NCBI GenBank assembly: GCA_002708885.1
Contig: PAPL01000002.1
Location: 50,697-88,775, forward strand
Source: Verrucomicrobiales bacterium
Lineage (GTDB): Bacteria; Verrucomicrobiota; Verrucomicrobiia; Verrucomicrobiales; DEV007
DNA length: 38,079 nucleotides
Direction: 5' to 3'
Position numbers and translations under genes: made by a program. Shown piece after piece: positions 1 to 8,757 of this stretch (its first letter is position 1; each line of letters opens with the position of its first letter). The notes beneath the pieces were generated by a model, which worked only from the letters and a program-made list of their open reading frames with translations, ran no database searches and was not told the origin of the DNA.

Positions 1-2
1 TG

Positions 3-368
3 CACCTCGCATCGTTGCTTGATATAATTTTTCTATTGCTGTTATTTTTTCTATTAAGCTCAGACGCTGTAGTTCGTTCTGGCATTGCTGTTACAACACC
101 CAAGTCTTGGTCTTCATTAAATTCGGCAACTGGGGCAGATGTTATAACAGTTTCTGGGAGTAAATCTGATCAGATTTTTTTCAATGATAAGCTAATAACC
201 ATTGAGGAGCTGAAGAATAAGCTAATTAATAAACCAAAGGAGGAGGGCGTTGCTCTGCAGGTTGTAATCCGTGCAGACCAGACTTCCCGGTTCGGAGAAG
301 TAATTAGAATCTGCAATTTGGTGGCGGGTGCTGGATTTTCCCCTATCCTAGCTACTCGTTCTGAGTAA
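3..368 (+). CDS. exbD: ExbD/TolR-family biopolymer transport protein, 5' end cut by the window edge
   Basis: The frame is open from base 3. The translation HLASLLDIIFLLLLFFLLSS is the single N-terminal TM typical of ExbD/TolR, followed by a periplasmic domain (VVIRADQTSRFGEVIRICN). It lies directly upstream of a TonB-like gene. The stop is TAA at 366-368. Confidence 0.8.
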   Translation, partial: HLASLLDIIFLLLLFFLLSSDAVVRSGIAVTTPKSWSSLNSATGADVITVSGSKSDQIFFNDKLITIEELKNKLINKPKEEGVALQVVIRADQTSRFGEVIRICNLVAGAGFSPILATRSE

Positions 369-373
369 AGACA

Positions 374-1129
374 ATGAAGAGTGTTGCATTAGGCGTCGAG
401 GACAGTAAATCGGTTTTTATTTTTGATTGGATAGGTAAAGCAAAGAGGCCTTTTTGGATTACTGTGTTTGTCTTTCTTTCGCTCATTGCGCATCTGTTTT
501 GTTTCTATCTTTTTAGTGTCGTTTATCCTCCCCAGAAAAGGGAATTACTCAATGCATTGGAAGTGACCGTATTAGATTCATCCAATCCACAGGCGCAATC
601 TTTTTTAAAGCATATAGAGGATAGGTTCATTGCTCTTGACCAAGAGATCACCGCAGGCATTTTGGGCCAAGATCTCTCAGATACCGCTGTGAGATTTGAG
701 CCTTTCTTTGAAAATCATGTGTCTGAATTTAAAGATATTCCGGCAATTGGTAATTTCAATGAGGGCAGTTTTTTCCCTTCCGGTTCGTTATATCTTCCAC
801 CGCCTACAGGGAGAAAAGTTAAAACCTACAATGATCTTAGAGCAGATAAGATCGAGCCAGTGGTCACTTTTCTATGGGATACAGAAGAACGCACTTCGCT
901 TACTCCTTTTCAGTGGCAAGATGACATTAATGCTAATATTCCAAATGGGATTGACGCTTTAAATATTCACATTGGAATTGATAGATTTGGGAGAGTCGTT
1001 CATTCGTTACCTGAGAAGAGTGCAGGTAATGAATTGGATGAAGCAGTCATCAGGTCATTAAGGGCAATGCGTTTCTCTTCAGTGTCTGCGGAAGAAATAA
1101 CCTGGGCGATGGTTACCATTACTTGGTAA
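374..1129 (+). CDS. TonB-like energy transducer (N-terminal TM anchor, TonB_C-like C-terminus)
   Basis: It starts 5 bp after exbD. It has one TM (RPFWITVFVFLSLIAHLFCFYLF). The C-terminal block GIDRFGRVVHSLPEKSAGNELDEAVIRSLRAMRFSS resembles the TonB C-terminal domain. No classical Pro-rich spacer is visible. Confidence 0.55.
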   Translation: MKSVALGVEDSKSVFIFDWIGKAKRPFWITVFVFLSLIAHLFCFYLFSVVYPPQKRELLNALEVTVLDSSNPQAQSFLKHIEDRFIALDQEITAGILGQDLSDTAVRFEPFFENHVSEFKDIPAIGNFNEGSFFPSGSLYLPPPTGRKVKTYNDLRADKIEPVVTFLWDTEERTSLTPFQWQDDINANIPNGIDALNIHIGIDRFGRVVHSLPEKSAGNELDEAVIRSLRAMRFSSVSAEEITWAMVTITW

Positions 1130-1148
1130 ATTACCTTATGGATTTATA

Positions 1149-1388
1149 ATGTTTCAAATATCTCTTACTAATATTCTTGTAGCGTATCTTGTCATAACTC
1201 TTGTTGTTTTGTTCGGGGTATGGCTGGCAAAGGATTGGGGGCGTAAGCGTAGGGAAAAAAAAGACAGGAAATATCGGCTCGTATGTAATATTTGTGGAGA
1301 TCAGTACGAGGACAGGTCTAAGGATGATATTCCTCCCTGCCCAAATTGCGGAGCATTGAATGAAAGGGTCTGGTTAAGTGACTTATAA
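1149..1388 (+). CDS. Small membrane-anchored zinc-ribbon protein (hypothetical)
   Basis: 79 aa. It has an N-terminal TM (ILVAYLVITLVVLFGVWL), a basic juxtamembrane stretch (GRKRREKKDRKYR), then CNIC-x17-CPNC, a four-Cys zinc-ribbon pattern. It is on the same strand, 19 bp after the TonB-like gene. Confidence 0.5.
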   Translation: MFQISLTNILVAYLVITLVVLFGVWLAKDWGRKRREKKDRKYRLVCNICGDQYEDRSKDDIPPCPNCGALNERVWLSDL

Positions 1389-1450
1389 ATATAAATTGTT
1401 GAATAAGCTCTAATGTTATAAGTTATCATCTTATACTATTATTATCTTTA

Positions 1451-2698
1451 ATGAGTGAACGTAGAGTAGTTATTACAGGAATGGGAGTGGTCAGTCCAAT
1501 AGGCATTGGTCTTGATTCTTTTTGGTCTTCGTTGATTGATGGGAAAAGTGGCATTCAGCGGATATCTAGTCTTGATCCATCAGACTTTTATTGCCAAATC
1601 GGTGGAGAAGTTAATGAATTTGAGCCAAATCCATATTTTAATAATCCAAAGGATGCTCGTCGTGCCGATAGGTACTGCCAACTGGCTATGGCCTCTGCAA
1701 AAATGGCATATGAAGATGCTGGCATTAGCGAAGGATCCTTTGATCCTTATCGGTTCGGATGCATGATCGGAAGCGGTATCGGAGGTTTGAATACGCTTGA
1801 AAAACAGCATCAAAACTTTTTAGAACGTGGTGCGACAAAGGTTTCACCTTTTCTTATTCCAATGATGATTGCTAATATCAGCAGTGGTCTTGTTTCAATG
1901 GAATATGGTTTGTCAGGACCAAACATGTCGATCGTGACTGCGTGTGCTACGGCCAATCATAATATTGGTGAAGCGTGGAGAATGATACGATTTGGTGATG
2001 CGGATATTTTCCTTGCAGGTGGAGCAGAGGCATCCATTTCCAATATGGGGCTATCAGGATTTGGTTCGATGAAAGCATTAAGTAGTAGGAATGATGAGCC
2101 TGAAAAAGCATCGAGGCCATTTGACAAGGGCCGCGATGGATTTGTAATGAGTGAAGGGTCCGGAGTTGTCGTTATAGAGGAGCTTGAGCATGCAAAAGCA
2201 CGCGGAGCTAAAATATATTGTGAGCTTGCCGGTTATGGGGTTTCTGCCGATGCGTATCATATGACATCACCTCATCCGGACGGACTTGGAGCGAGTCACT
2301 GTATGAATAATGCATTGAAGCATGCGCAGGTTAATGTTGAGGATGTGGATTATATTAATGCTCATGGTACATCTACAGGCCTCGGAGACATATGCGAGAC
2401 AAGAGCGATTAAATTGTCATTTGGAGATAAAGCCAATGAGGGACTTTTAGTTAGCTCTACAAAGTCCATGACTGGGCATTTGCTGGGTGCTGCCGGAGGA
2501 GTGGAGCTTGCTGCTTGTGTAAAAGCTATCACCGATGGAATCGTTCCACCCACGATTAATCTTGATGATCCTGATGATGAATGTGATTTGGATTATGTTG
2601 CGCACAAAGCGCGTGAGACAAATATTGATATTGCTCTGAGTAATAGTTTTGGGTTCGGTGGTCATAATGCTTCTCTCGTTGTTAAGAAATTTAATTAA
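1451..2698 (+). CDS. fabF: 3-oxoacyl-ACP synthase II (KAS II)
   Basis: 415 aa. It begins RRVVITGMGVVSPIG. It has the active-site Cys context (VTACATANH), the catalytic His motifs (YINAHGTSTGLGD, GHLLGAAG) and the C-terminal SFGFGGHNASL. Confidence 0.95.
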   Translation: MSERRVVITGMGVVSPIGIGLDSFWSSLIDGKSGIQRISSLDPSDFYCQIGGEVNEFEPNPYFNNPKDARRADRYCQLAMASAKMAYEDAGISEGSFDPYRFGCMIGSGIGGLNTLEKQHQNFLERGATKVSPFLIPMMIANISSGLVSMEYGLSGPNMSIVTACATANHNIGEAWRMIRFGDADIFLAGGAEASISNMGLSGFGSMKALSSRNDEPEKASRPFDKGRDGFVMSEGSGVVVIEELEHAKARGAKIYCELAGYGVSADAYHMTSPHPDGLGASHCMNNALKHAQVNVEDVDYINAHGTSTGLGDICETRAIKLSFGDKANEGLLVSSTKSMTGHLLGAAGGVELAACVKAITDGIVPPTINLDDPDDECDLDYVAHKARETNIDIALSNSFGFGGHNASLVVKKFN

Positions 2699-2704
2699 TA
2701 TTAA

Positions 2705-3712
2705 ATGTTAACTGAAAATCATTCAGGCTTTCCAGTCACTGATCGCCGCCGTTTTATTTCAAAATCTGTGCTTGGATTCGGATCAATTATTTTATGTGAA
2801 GATGTTTTATCAAGGGTCCGAAAATTAGAGGCTCCAGTTAAAATTGGAATGATAGCTGATTTGCATCAAGATGTGATGCATGATGGGGAACGGCGTTTGG
2901 AATCTTTCGTTCAGGCCATGAAGAATGAAAAGCCAGATGCGGTCATTCAATTGGGCGATTTTGCTTATCCAAATAAAAAGAATAAACAAATATTAGAGAA
3001 CTTTCAGAATTCTAATTCTAATGCATTTCATGTTTTGGGTAATCATGAAATTGATGATGGGCATTCATTTGACGAGGTCGTTAAACTCTGGGGAATGAAG
3101 GGAAGGTATTATTCGGAAGAGCTCAATGGTTTGAAATTAATAGTTTTGGATGGTAACGAAAAATCACCAAATCACAAAAAGGGATATCCCTCTTACATGG
3201 GAAAAGCTCAGTTGTTATGGCTCAAAAAAGAATTAAATGAGTCAGAAGATCCTGTGATCATTGTGTCTCACCAACCCATTGCGGGACCCTCGAGTATCGA
3301 AAATTCAAAAGAGGTTCAGGAGATACTTCAGATTCATCGGAGTAAGATCATTTTGGCTTTGAATGGGCACACCCATATTGATCACGTTTTCCGCAAGGCT
3401 GGAATCATTTATTTTCATGTTAATTCAGCATCTTATCACTGGATAGGCGGTAAGCATCGGCATCACAGTTATTCGAAAGATGTTCATACTAAATTTCCAT
3501 ACATTGAATATACGTGCCCTTACAAGGATTCATTATTCACCACTCTGACTCTGGACCCGACTTCGGACAGCATTGATATTAAGGGGCGATCCAGTGAATG
3601 GGTTGGGCCATCTCCTGCGCAAATTGGGAAAGAACTTCATGAAGAATTAATTGATGGGGAAGAAGTGTGTTCACGCATTAGATCTAGGAGGCTGATAAGA
3701 TCAAAAAATTAG
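2705..3712 (+). CDS. Calcineurin-like metallophosphoesterase with a twin-arginine (Tat) signal
   Basis: The metallophosphoesterase motifs appear in order: IADLHQD, LGDFAY, GNHEID, VSHQP, NGHTHIDH. The N-terminus DRRRFISKSVLGFGS matches the Tat consensus (S/T-R-R-x-F-L-K). Confidence 0.8.
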   Translation: MLTENHSGFPVTDRRRFISKSVLGFGSIILCEDVLSRVRKLEAPVKIGMIADLHQDVMHDGERRLESFVQAMKNEKPDAVIQLGDFAYPNKKNKQILENFQNSNSNAFHVLGNHEIDDGHSFDEVVKLWGMKGRYYSEELNGLKLIVLDGNEKSPNHKKGYPSYMGKAQLLWLKKELNESEDPVIIVSHQPIAGPSSIENSKEVQEILQIHRSKIILALNGHTHIDHVFRKAGIIYFHVNSASYHWIGGKHRHHSYSKDVHTKFPYIEYTCPYKDSLFTTLTLDPTSDSIDIKGRSSEWVGPSPAQIGKELHEELIDGEEVCSRIRSRRLIRSKN

Positions 3713-3714
3713 TT

Positions 3715-4245
3715 TTAGTAGACTAGCAATGACTCAACTTTAGTGTGACCTAATTTTTCTTTTCCATTGAGAAAGCTGAGTTCAATGAAAAAACAGGCTG
3801 AATGAATGTTAGCTCCTAATTTTTCAACGAGCTTCAAGGTCGCCTCAGCGGTTCCGCCAGTCGCTAGAAGGTCATCCACGATGATGACTGTCTCGCTAGG
3901 TGAAATTGCATCTTTATGTATTTCTATTACTGATTTACCATATTCTAATGAATAGGATTCAGATTCTGTAATCCAGGGCAATTTGCCAGCTTTTCGAACC
4001 GGTACGAATCCAACTCCGAGTAAATTGGCTATAGCGGCACCAAAAATAAATCCTCGAGCGTCTATTCCCACAATTTTGTCAATTCTGGCGCCATTTGTAG
4101 CAGATGCCATTGCTTGGATGCTCATTTGGAAAAGTTCAGCATCTGCTAGAACGGGTGTTATGTCTTTAAATAGGATCCCGGGTTTTGGGAAATCAGGGAC
4201 ATCACGTATTGCTTTTTCTAGCTTATTTAGGTCAATATTTTTCAT
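3715..4245 (-). CDS. apt: Adenine phosphoribosyltransferase
   Basis: It has FPKPGILFKDITP and the PRPP-binding motif VIIVDDLLATGGTAEA. The ORF track extends to 4269, but that codon is TTG. The ATG at 4245 (MKNIDLNKLE...) gives a normal Apt N-terminus. Confidence 0.92.
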   Translation of the reverse strand: MKNIDLNKLEKAIRDVPDFPKPGILFKDITPVLADAELFQMSIQAMASATNGARIDKIVGIDARGFIFGAAIANLLGVGFVPVRKAGKLPWITESESYSLEYGKSVIEIHKDAISPSETVIIVDDLLATGGTAEATLKLVEKLGANIHSACFFIELSFLNGKEKLGHTKVESLLVY

Positions 4246-4367
4246 TAATGTATAGGAGTCATAGCACAAAATTTTAGGTGTTGGAATCTATAGATGAAAT
4301 CACATATAAGTTAATTACTTATTTTGCAAAGCAGTTGGGCAAGGACTAACATACATCCCCTCAAATA

Positions 4368-5156
4368 ATGGATCGTGATCGTTTATTTTTAGTTTGTGCT
4401 GCGGTATTTTTCTGCGGTGGCTTTTTATATGCAATTACCTCTTTGCGTAGTGGGCATTATAAAAATTCCAAATGGAATTTCTTAGCCATGTTTCTGGGCA
4501 TGATTTTTCAATCGATGTTCTTGGCAGAGCGTGGTCAAATTCATGGGCGATGTCCAGTGACCAATTTATTGGAAATACTCGTTTTTGTGTCTTGGTCGAT
4601 GGTCATTATCTATCTTCTTTTTGGATCAAGTTATAGGCTGTCATTGATGGGAGTCTTCACCTCACCTTTGGTTCTTATTATCTGCATAGTGGCGGCCTTA
4701 GTGCCATTTGATAAGGATCTGGCAATTATAGCCGCGGCCGATCTTGGCGGGACTGAGACATGGACTGAATTTCACATCGGAGTGTCGCTAATTTCATATG
4801 GATCATTTGGTATGGCATGTGTGGCGGGGTTGATGTTTCTGCTACAAGAGAAAAATGTACGTTCAGCAAAATTAGAGACATTATTTTACCACCTTCCTCC
4901 AATGCATAATTTGTCTAAAGCGGTTTTTAGACTGATGTTTTTTGGGGTCATATTATTAGCGGCTGGGATTTTTTCTGCAGAAAAAATCCCTCCTAAGGGA
5001 GACAGTCATCCATTATGGCCTTTGTATGCGATATGGATTCTCTATGCAGTGATTTGCTTAGTTGGTTTTTTCCGCGGAATGGTTGCACGTAGGCTTTCTC
5101 AGTTTGCTGTATTTGCCTTCATAGTTTCACTTTTGAGTTTGTTAATTATTTCATAA
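4368..5156 (+). CDS. HemX-like / cytochrome c assembly family polytopic membrane protein
   Basis: 262 aa with about 8 hydrophobic segments, immediately upstream of hemA as in hemAXCD-type operons. I see no Trp-rich WGxxWxWD heme-handling motif, so HemX-like fits better than CcsA. Confidence 0.6.
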   Translation: MDRDRLFLVCAAVFFCGGFLYAITSLRSGHYKNSKWNFLAMFLGMIFQSMFLAERGQIHGRCPVTNLLEILVFVSWSMVIIYLLFGSSYRLSLMGVFTSPLVLIICIVAALVPFDKDLAIIAAADLGGTETWTEFHIGVSLISYGSFGMACVAGLMFLLQEKNVRSAKLETLFYHLPPMHNLSKAVFRLMFFGVILLAAGIFSAEKIPPKGDSHPLWPLYAIWILYAVICLVGFFRGMVARRLSQFAVFAFIVSLLSLLIIS

Positions 5157-5161
5157 AATTG

Positions 5162-6238
5162 ATGGGAGAAACGAATTCAGCTGAGATCTTTTGTGTGGGC
5201 ATTAATCATGAATCTGCTCCTGTGTCGGTTCGTGAACAAATGGCCATTCCAGAGACTAAGCTTGCTGAAAAATGTTCTTTAATTACTGATAAGGAAGGAT
5301 TTTATGAGGCGGTGATTATTTCCACGTGCAACCGAATCGAAATTTATACAGTAGCCAATCCAGATAAATATTCAAAAATTGATGAATGTTTTACTTGTTT
5401 ATATGGAGCGGAGGAAATCGGATCCTTGCCGTTTTATAAGTTTCGTGGATCTGAGATGATGAAGCATTTGTGTCGGGTCGCTAGTGGTCTTGATTCAATG
5501 ATTCTGGGGGAAACTGAAATTCTTGGACAGGTTAAGAAGTCATATGCCGCCGCTCATTTGGCAGGACAGACGTCACGTTATTTAAATAAACTTTTTCAGA
5601 ATGTATTTAAGATTGCCAAATTTGTAAGGACTAATTCAAAAATTACTCGGGGAGCGACGTCTGTGGGTGCGGCTGGAGTAGATTTGGCTGAGAAGATATT
5701 TGGAAACCTGAAGGACTGTAATGTAATGATTCTTGGAGCAGGTCAGATGGGTGAAATGGTTGCTAAAACTTTGGCCGGTCGCGGAGTCAAGGGGCTGGTG
5801 GTTTCCAGTAGATCACACGATAAAGCGGTCATTCTTGCTGAAGAAATGGGTGGGAAGGCCTACGAGTTTGATCAGGGATTAACAAGATTATATGAGGCTG
5901 ACATACTTATCACAGCAACGTCTTCCCCTCATGCCCTCTTAACTAAAGATCAGATCGGACCTGCTGTTCGTAAGCGTCGTGGTCGACCATTATTTATCAT
6001 AGATATAGCAGTTCCTAGAGACGTTGATGAGGAAGTTGCAAGTGTTCCCGGTGTGTACCTATACGACATGGACGCTTTGCAGAAAATTACGGCATCAGCC
6101 CACGCGAGACGTGAAGAGCAAATTATAATATGTGAAAATTTAATAATCACAGAGATTGATAAGTTGGAATTAGATATAATTTCAAGAGACTCTCAAAACT
6201 ATTCAGACCAAGGGAGCGATCCTCTTGCCACAGTATGA
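5162..6238 (+). CDS. hemA: Glutamyl-tRNA reductase (short C-terminus)
   Basis: It has the catalytic Cys motif (ISTCNRIEIY), LDSMILGETEILGQVK, the NADPH-binding ILGAGQMGE and IDIAVPRD. The track start at 5159 is TTG; the ATG is at 5162. Its stop overlaps the hemC start (ATGA). Confidence 0.9.
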   Translation: MGETNSAEIFCVGINHESAPVSVREQMAIPETKLAEKCSLITDKEGFYEAVIISTCNRIEIYTVANPDKYSKIDECFTCLYGAEEIGSLPFYKFRGSEMMKHLCRVASGLDSMILGETEILGQVKKSYAAAHLAGQTSRYLNKLFQNVFKIAKFVRTNSKITRGATSVGAAGVDLAEKIFGNLKDCNVMILGAGQMGEMVAKTLAGRGVKGLVVSSRSHDKAVILAEEMGGKAYEFDQGLTRLYEADILITATSSPHALLTKDQIGPAVRKRRGRPLFIIDIAVPRDVDEEVASVPGVYLYDMDALQKITASAHARREEQIIICENLIITEIDKLELDIISRDSQNYSDQGSDPLATV

Positions 6239-7209
6239 ATAAAATTATCCTTGGTACCAGGGGAAGTGATTTAGCCCTTTTCCAAACTCGATCTGTTGCA
6301 TCTGAGTTGCGAGCGAATGGATTTGATGGAGTAATAGAAGAGCGTGTTATTCAAACGAGCGGTGACAGGTATAAAGATTTGAAGCTGACTGATTTTTCTA
6401 AAGGGCACCGTCCCATAGTGGAGAAAGGTGTCTTTACTAAGGAATTAGAAGACGCCTTGAGAAGAGGTGAAATTGACGCGGCTGTACATAGCTTAAAGGA
6501 TTTGCCATCGGAGCTTGAGTCTTCTTTCTGTATTGCATCAGTTTTACGACGTGCACCGGTTGAGGATCTTCTAATTTTTAAGAATGATGCCTTTTCCCTG
6601 GAGAATATTAATGAAAACTCTTGTGTGGCGACAAGCAGTGTTCGTAGGGCTCGAATTCTTGGATGGAAAAGACCTGACATAATAATTTCCGAAATTAGGG
6701 GTAACGTTCCCACTAGGCTTAGAAAACTAATCAATGGAGATGCTGGTGATGCTACTATACTGGCAAGGGCTGGACTGGACCGGCTAGGTTTATATCATTC
6801 TGAAACCGCTCAAATTAATATGGATGATAAGGTACTTGATTGTTTCCCACTGAGTGTTTCGGATTTTATTCCTGCAGCAGGACAGGGTGCAATAGCTGTA
6901 GAGACTCTTGCTGATGCTCCTGCACTTGATGCTCTTAAATTAATTAACGATAAAAATACAGAGGATTGCGTTAATGTAGAGAGAGAATTTCTTCGGTTAC
7001 TTGGAGCGGGTTGTGATACTCCTGTTGGAGTCAGTGCACGTTTGTTGAAAGGAGATAATGAGATGGAAATAAGTGCTGTAGTTTTTGATGAAGAAAAACT
7101 AGAATCGGAACCAAAGACTGGGACTAGGACAGATAAAAGAAGTAAATTGAATAAGATTGCATTTGATTTGTTAGAGCAAATGGGAATTGATGCATTAAAT
7201 AATGAGTGA
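6235..7209 (+). CDS. hemC: Porphobilinogen deaminase (hydroxymethylbilane synthase)
   Basis: It has the N-terminal ILGTRGSDLALFQT, GNVPTRLRKL, and the cofactor-binding Cys context LGAGCDTPVG. Confidence 0.95.
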   Translation: MNKIILGTRGSDLALFQTRSVASELRANGFDGVIEERVIQTSGDRYKDLKLTDFSKGHRPIVEKGVFTKELEDALRRGEIDAAVHSLKDLPSELESSFCIASVLRRAPVEDLLIFKNDAFSLENINENSCVATSSVRRARILGWKRPDIIISEIRGNVPTRLRKLINGDAGDATILARAGLDRLGLYHSETAQINMDDKVLDCFPLSVSDFIPAAGQGAIAVETLADAPALDALKLINDKNTEDCVNVEREFLRLLGAGCDTPVGVSARLLKGDNEMEISAVVFDEEKLESEPKTGTRTDKRSKLNKIAFDLLEQMGIDALNNE

Positions 7210-8740
7210 TTCTGATACAACAAAGAAAGGAATTTGCTATCTTGTCGGTGCCGGTCCTGGGGATCCTGGGCTTCTCACTTTAAGAGCAAAACAGTGCCTT
7301 GAAATGGCTGATGTGGTTGTCTATGACTATCTTTGCAATATCGACATCCTCAATCATGCCCCTGTAACTTCTGAGAGAATTTATGCAGGAAAGAAAGCGG
7401 CCGATCATGCCATTCCCCAGGACGAATTGAATGACTTGCTAGTTAAGTTGTCATTGGAAGGAAAGACTGTCGTGCGGTTAAAGGGAGGTGATCCATTTGT
7501 ATTTGGCAGAGGTGGAGAAGAGGCTCAGGAGCTGTATGAGTCCGGTGTTCCTTTCGAAATTGTTCCCGGAATCAGTTCATCAGTCGCAGGTCCAGCGTAT
7601 GCAGGTATACCTGTGACTCATCGGGATCATTGTTCTCAATTGACTATTTTTACAGGTCACGAGGATCCTACTAAGGAAGATAGTGCTTTAGATTATTCTA
7701 AAATTGGAAGTTCGGAGGGGACTAAGGTAATGCTGATGGGTGTAGGGCAACTGGCAAAAGTCACACAGATGATGATTGATGGTGGTGCCTCACCAGATAC
7801 TCCTGTGGCTTTGATTCGTTGGGCAACGACAGGGAACCAGAAAACTTTAGTTGGAAAATTGGATGATATTGCCGACAGATCTGAGGATGTGGGATTTAAG
7901 GCTCCTGCGGTTGCTGTTTTTGGAGAAGTGGTCAAGCTGAGGCAAACATTAAATTGGTTTGAGGGCCGGCCTTTATTTGGGAAAAAAATTGTAGTCACTA
8001 GAACGCGCAGTCAGGCAGGAGAGCTCAGTGCTCGTTTGAGATGTCTCGGGGCTGATGTTGATGAAATGCCTACCATTAGAATTGAGCCTCCTGAGAACAT
8101 TAAAGAATTTGCAGAATTAGTACAGGACTCACATAAGTATTCATGGATCATTTTTACAAGTCCGAACGGAGTCGATTCTTTCTTTGATATGTTTTTTAAA
8201 CTTTACAAAGATGCTCGATCTATAGGAGGTGCTAAGATAGCGGTGATAGGCCCAGGGACTCAGAAAAAGGTTCAGGATTATCATCTTTCAGTGGATTTGA
8301 TTCCTGACGAATATGTTGCTGAGGGGTTAGTAAAAAAGATGCTGGAAGTTGGCAGTGTTGAGAATGAAACGATTCTGTTGGTTCGTCCCTCCACTGCTAG
8401 GGACGTAATATCTGAAGGCCTGACTGAGGCCGGTGCAATAGTCGATGAAGCAATTGCCTATCAGACTGTTTGTGAGTCAGAAGATCCGACCGGAGCGGTT
8501 CAAAGATTTCAGGCGGGAGATACTGATCTGATTACTTTTACCAGTTCAAGTACTGTGGAAAGTTTTATAGACATGGATTTACCAATTCCGGACCATTTAA
8601 TAATTGCCAGTATCGGGCCAATCACCTCAAAGACATTGCAATCAGCAGGATTGCGAGTTGATATTGAGGCCAAGGAATCGAATATTCCCGGACTCGTTTC
8701 GGCGATCGAAGATTATTTTATAGAACTTGAAGAAGATTAA
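7202..8740 (+). CDS. cobA-hemD: Fused uroporphyrinogen-III C-methyltransferase (SUMT, N-terminal) / uroporphyrinogen-III synthase (C-terminal)
   Basis: The N-terminal half has YLVGAGPGDPGLLTLRA, LKGGDPFVFGRGGEE and VPGISS (TP-methylase fold). The C-terminal half (from about KKIVVTRTRSQAGELSARL) shows the HEM4 pattern, with WIIFTSPNGV and ITFTSSSTV. It overlaps hemC by 8 bp. Confidence 0.9.
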   Translation: MSDSDTTKKGICYLVGAGPGDPGLLTLRAKQCLEMADVVVYDYLCNIDILNHAPVTSERIYAGKKAADHAIPQDELNDLLVKLSLEGKTVVRLKGGDPFVFGRGGEEAQELYESGVPFEIVPGISSSVAGPAYAGIPVTHRDHCSQLTIFTGHEDPTKEDSALDYSKIGSSEGTKVMLMGVGQLAKVTQMMIDGGASPDTPVALIRWATTGNQKTLVGKLDDIADRSEDVGFKAPAVAVFGEVVKLRQTLNWFEGRPLFGKKIVVTRTRSQAGELSARLRCLGADVDEMPTIRIEPPENIKEFAELVQDSHKYSWIIFTSPNGVDSFFDMFFKLYKDARSIGGAKIAVIGPGTQKKVQDYHLSVDLIPDEYVAEGLVKKMLEVGSVENETILLVRPSTARDVISEGLTEAGAIVDEAIAYQTVCESEDPTGAVQRFQAGDTDLITFTSSSTVESFIDMDLPIPDHLIIASIGPITSKTLQSAGLRVDIEAKESNIPGLVSAIEDYFIELEED

Positions 8741-8757
8741 ACTCTTCTACAAACAAA

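Noticed and set aside
4246-4269. Several ORF-track entries have longer N-terminal extensions: apt to 4269, dehydrogenase to 27740, hemA from 5159, leuC from 14275, phnE to 24881 and M28 from 35921.
   Set aside because: Each extended start is a TTG or GTG codon. A nearby ATG gives the N-terminus typical of the family, so I used the ATG. True starts need experimental or comparative confirmation.
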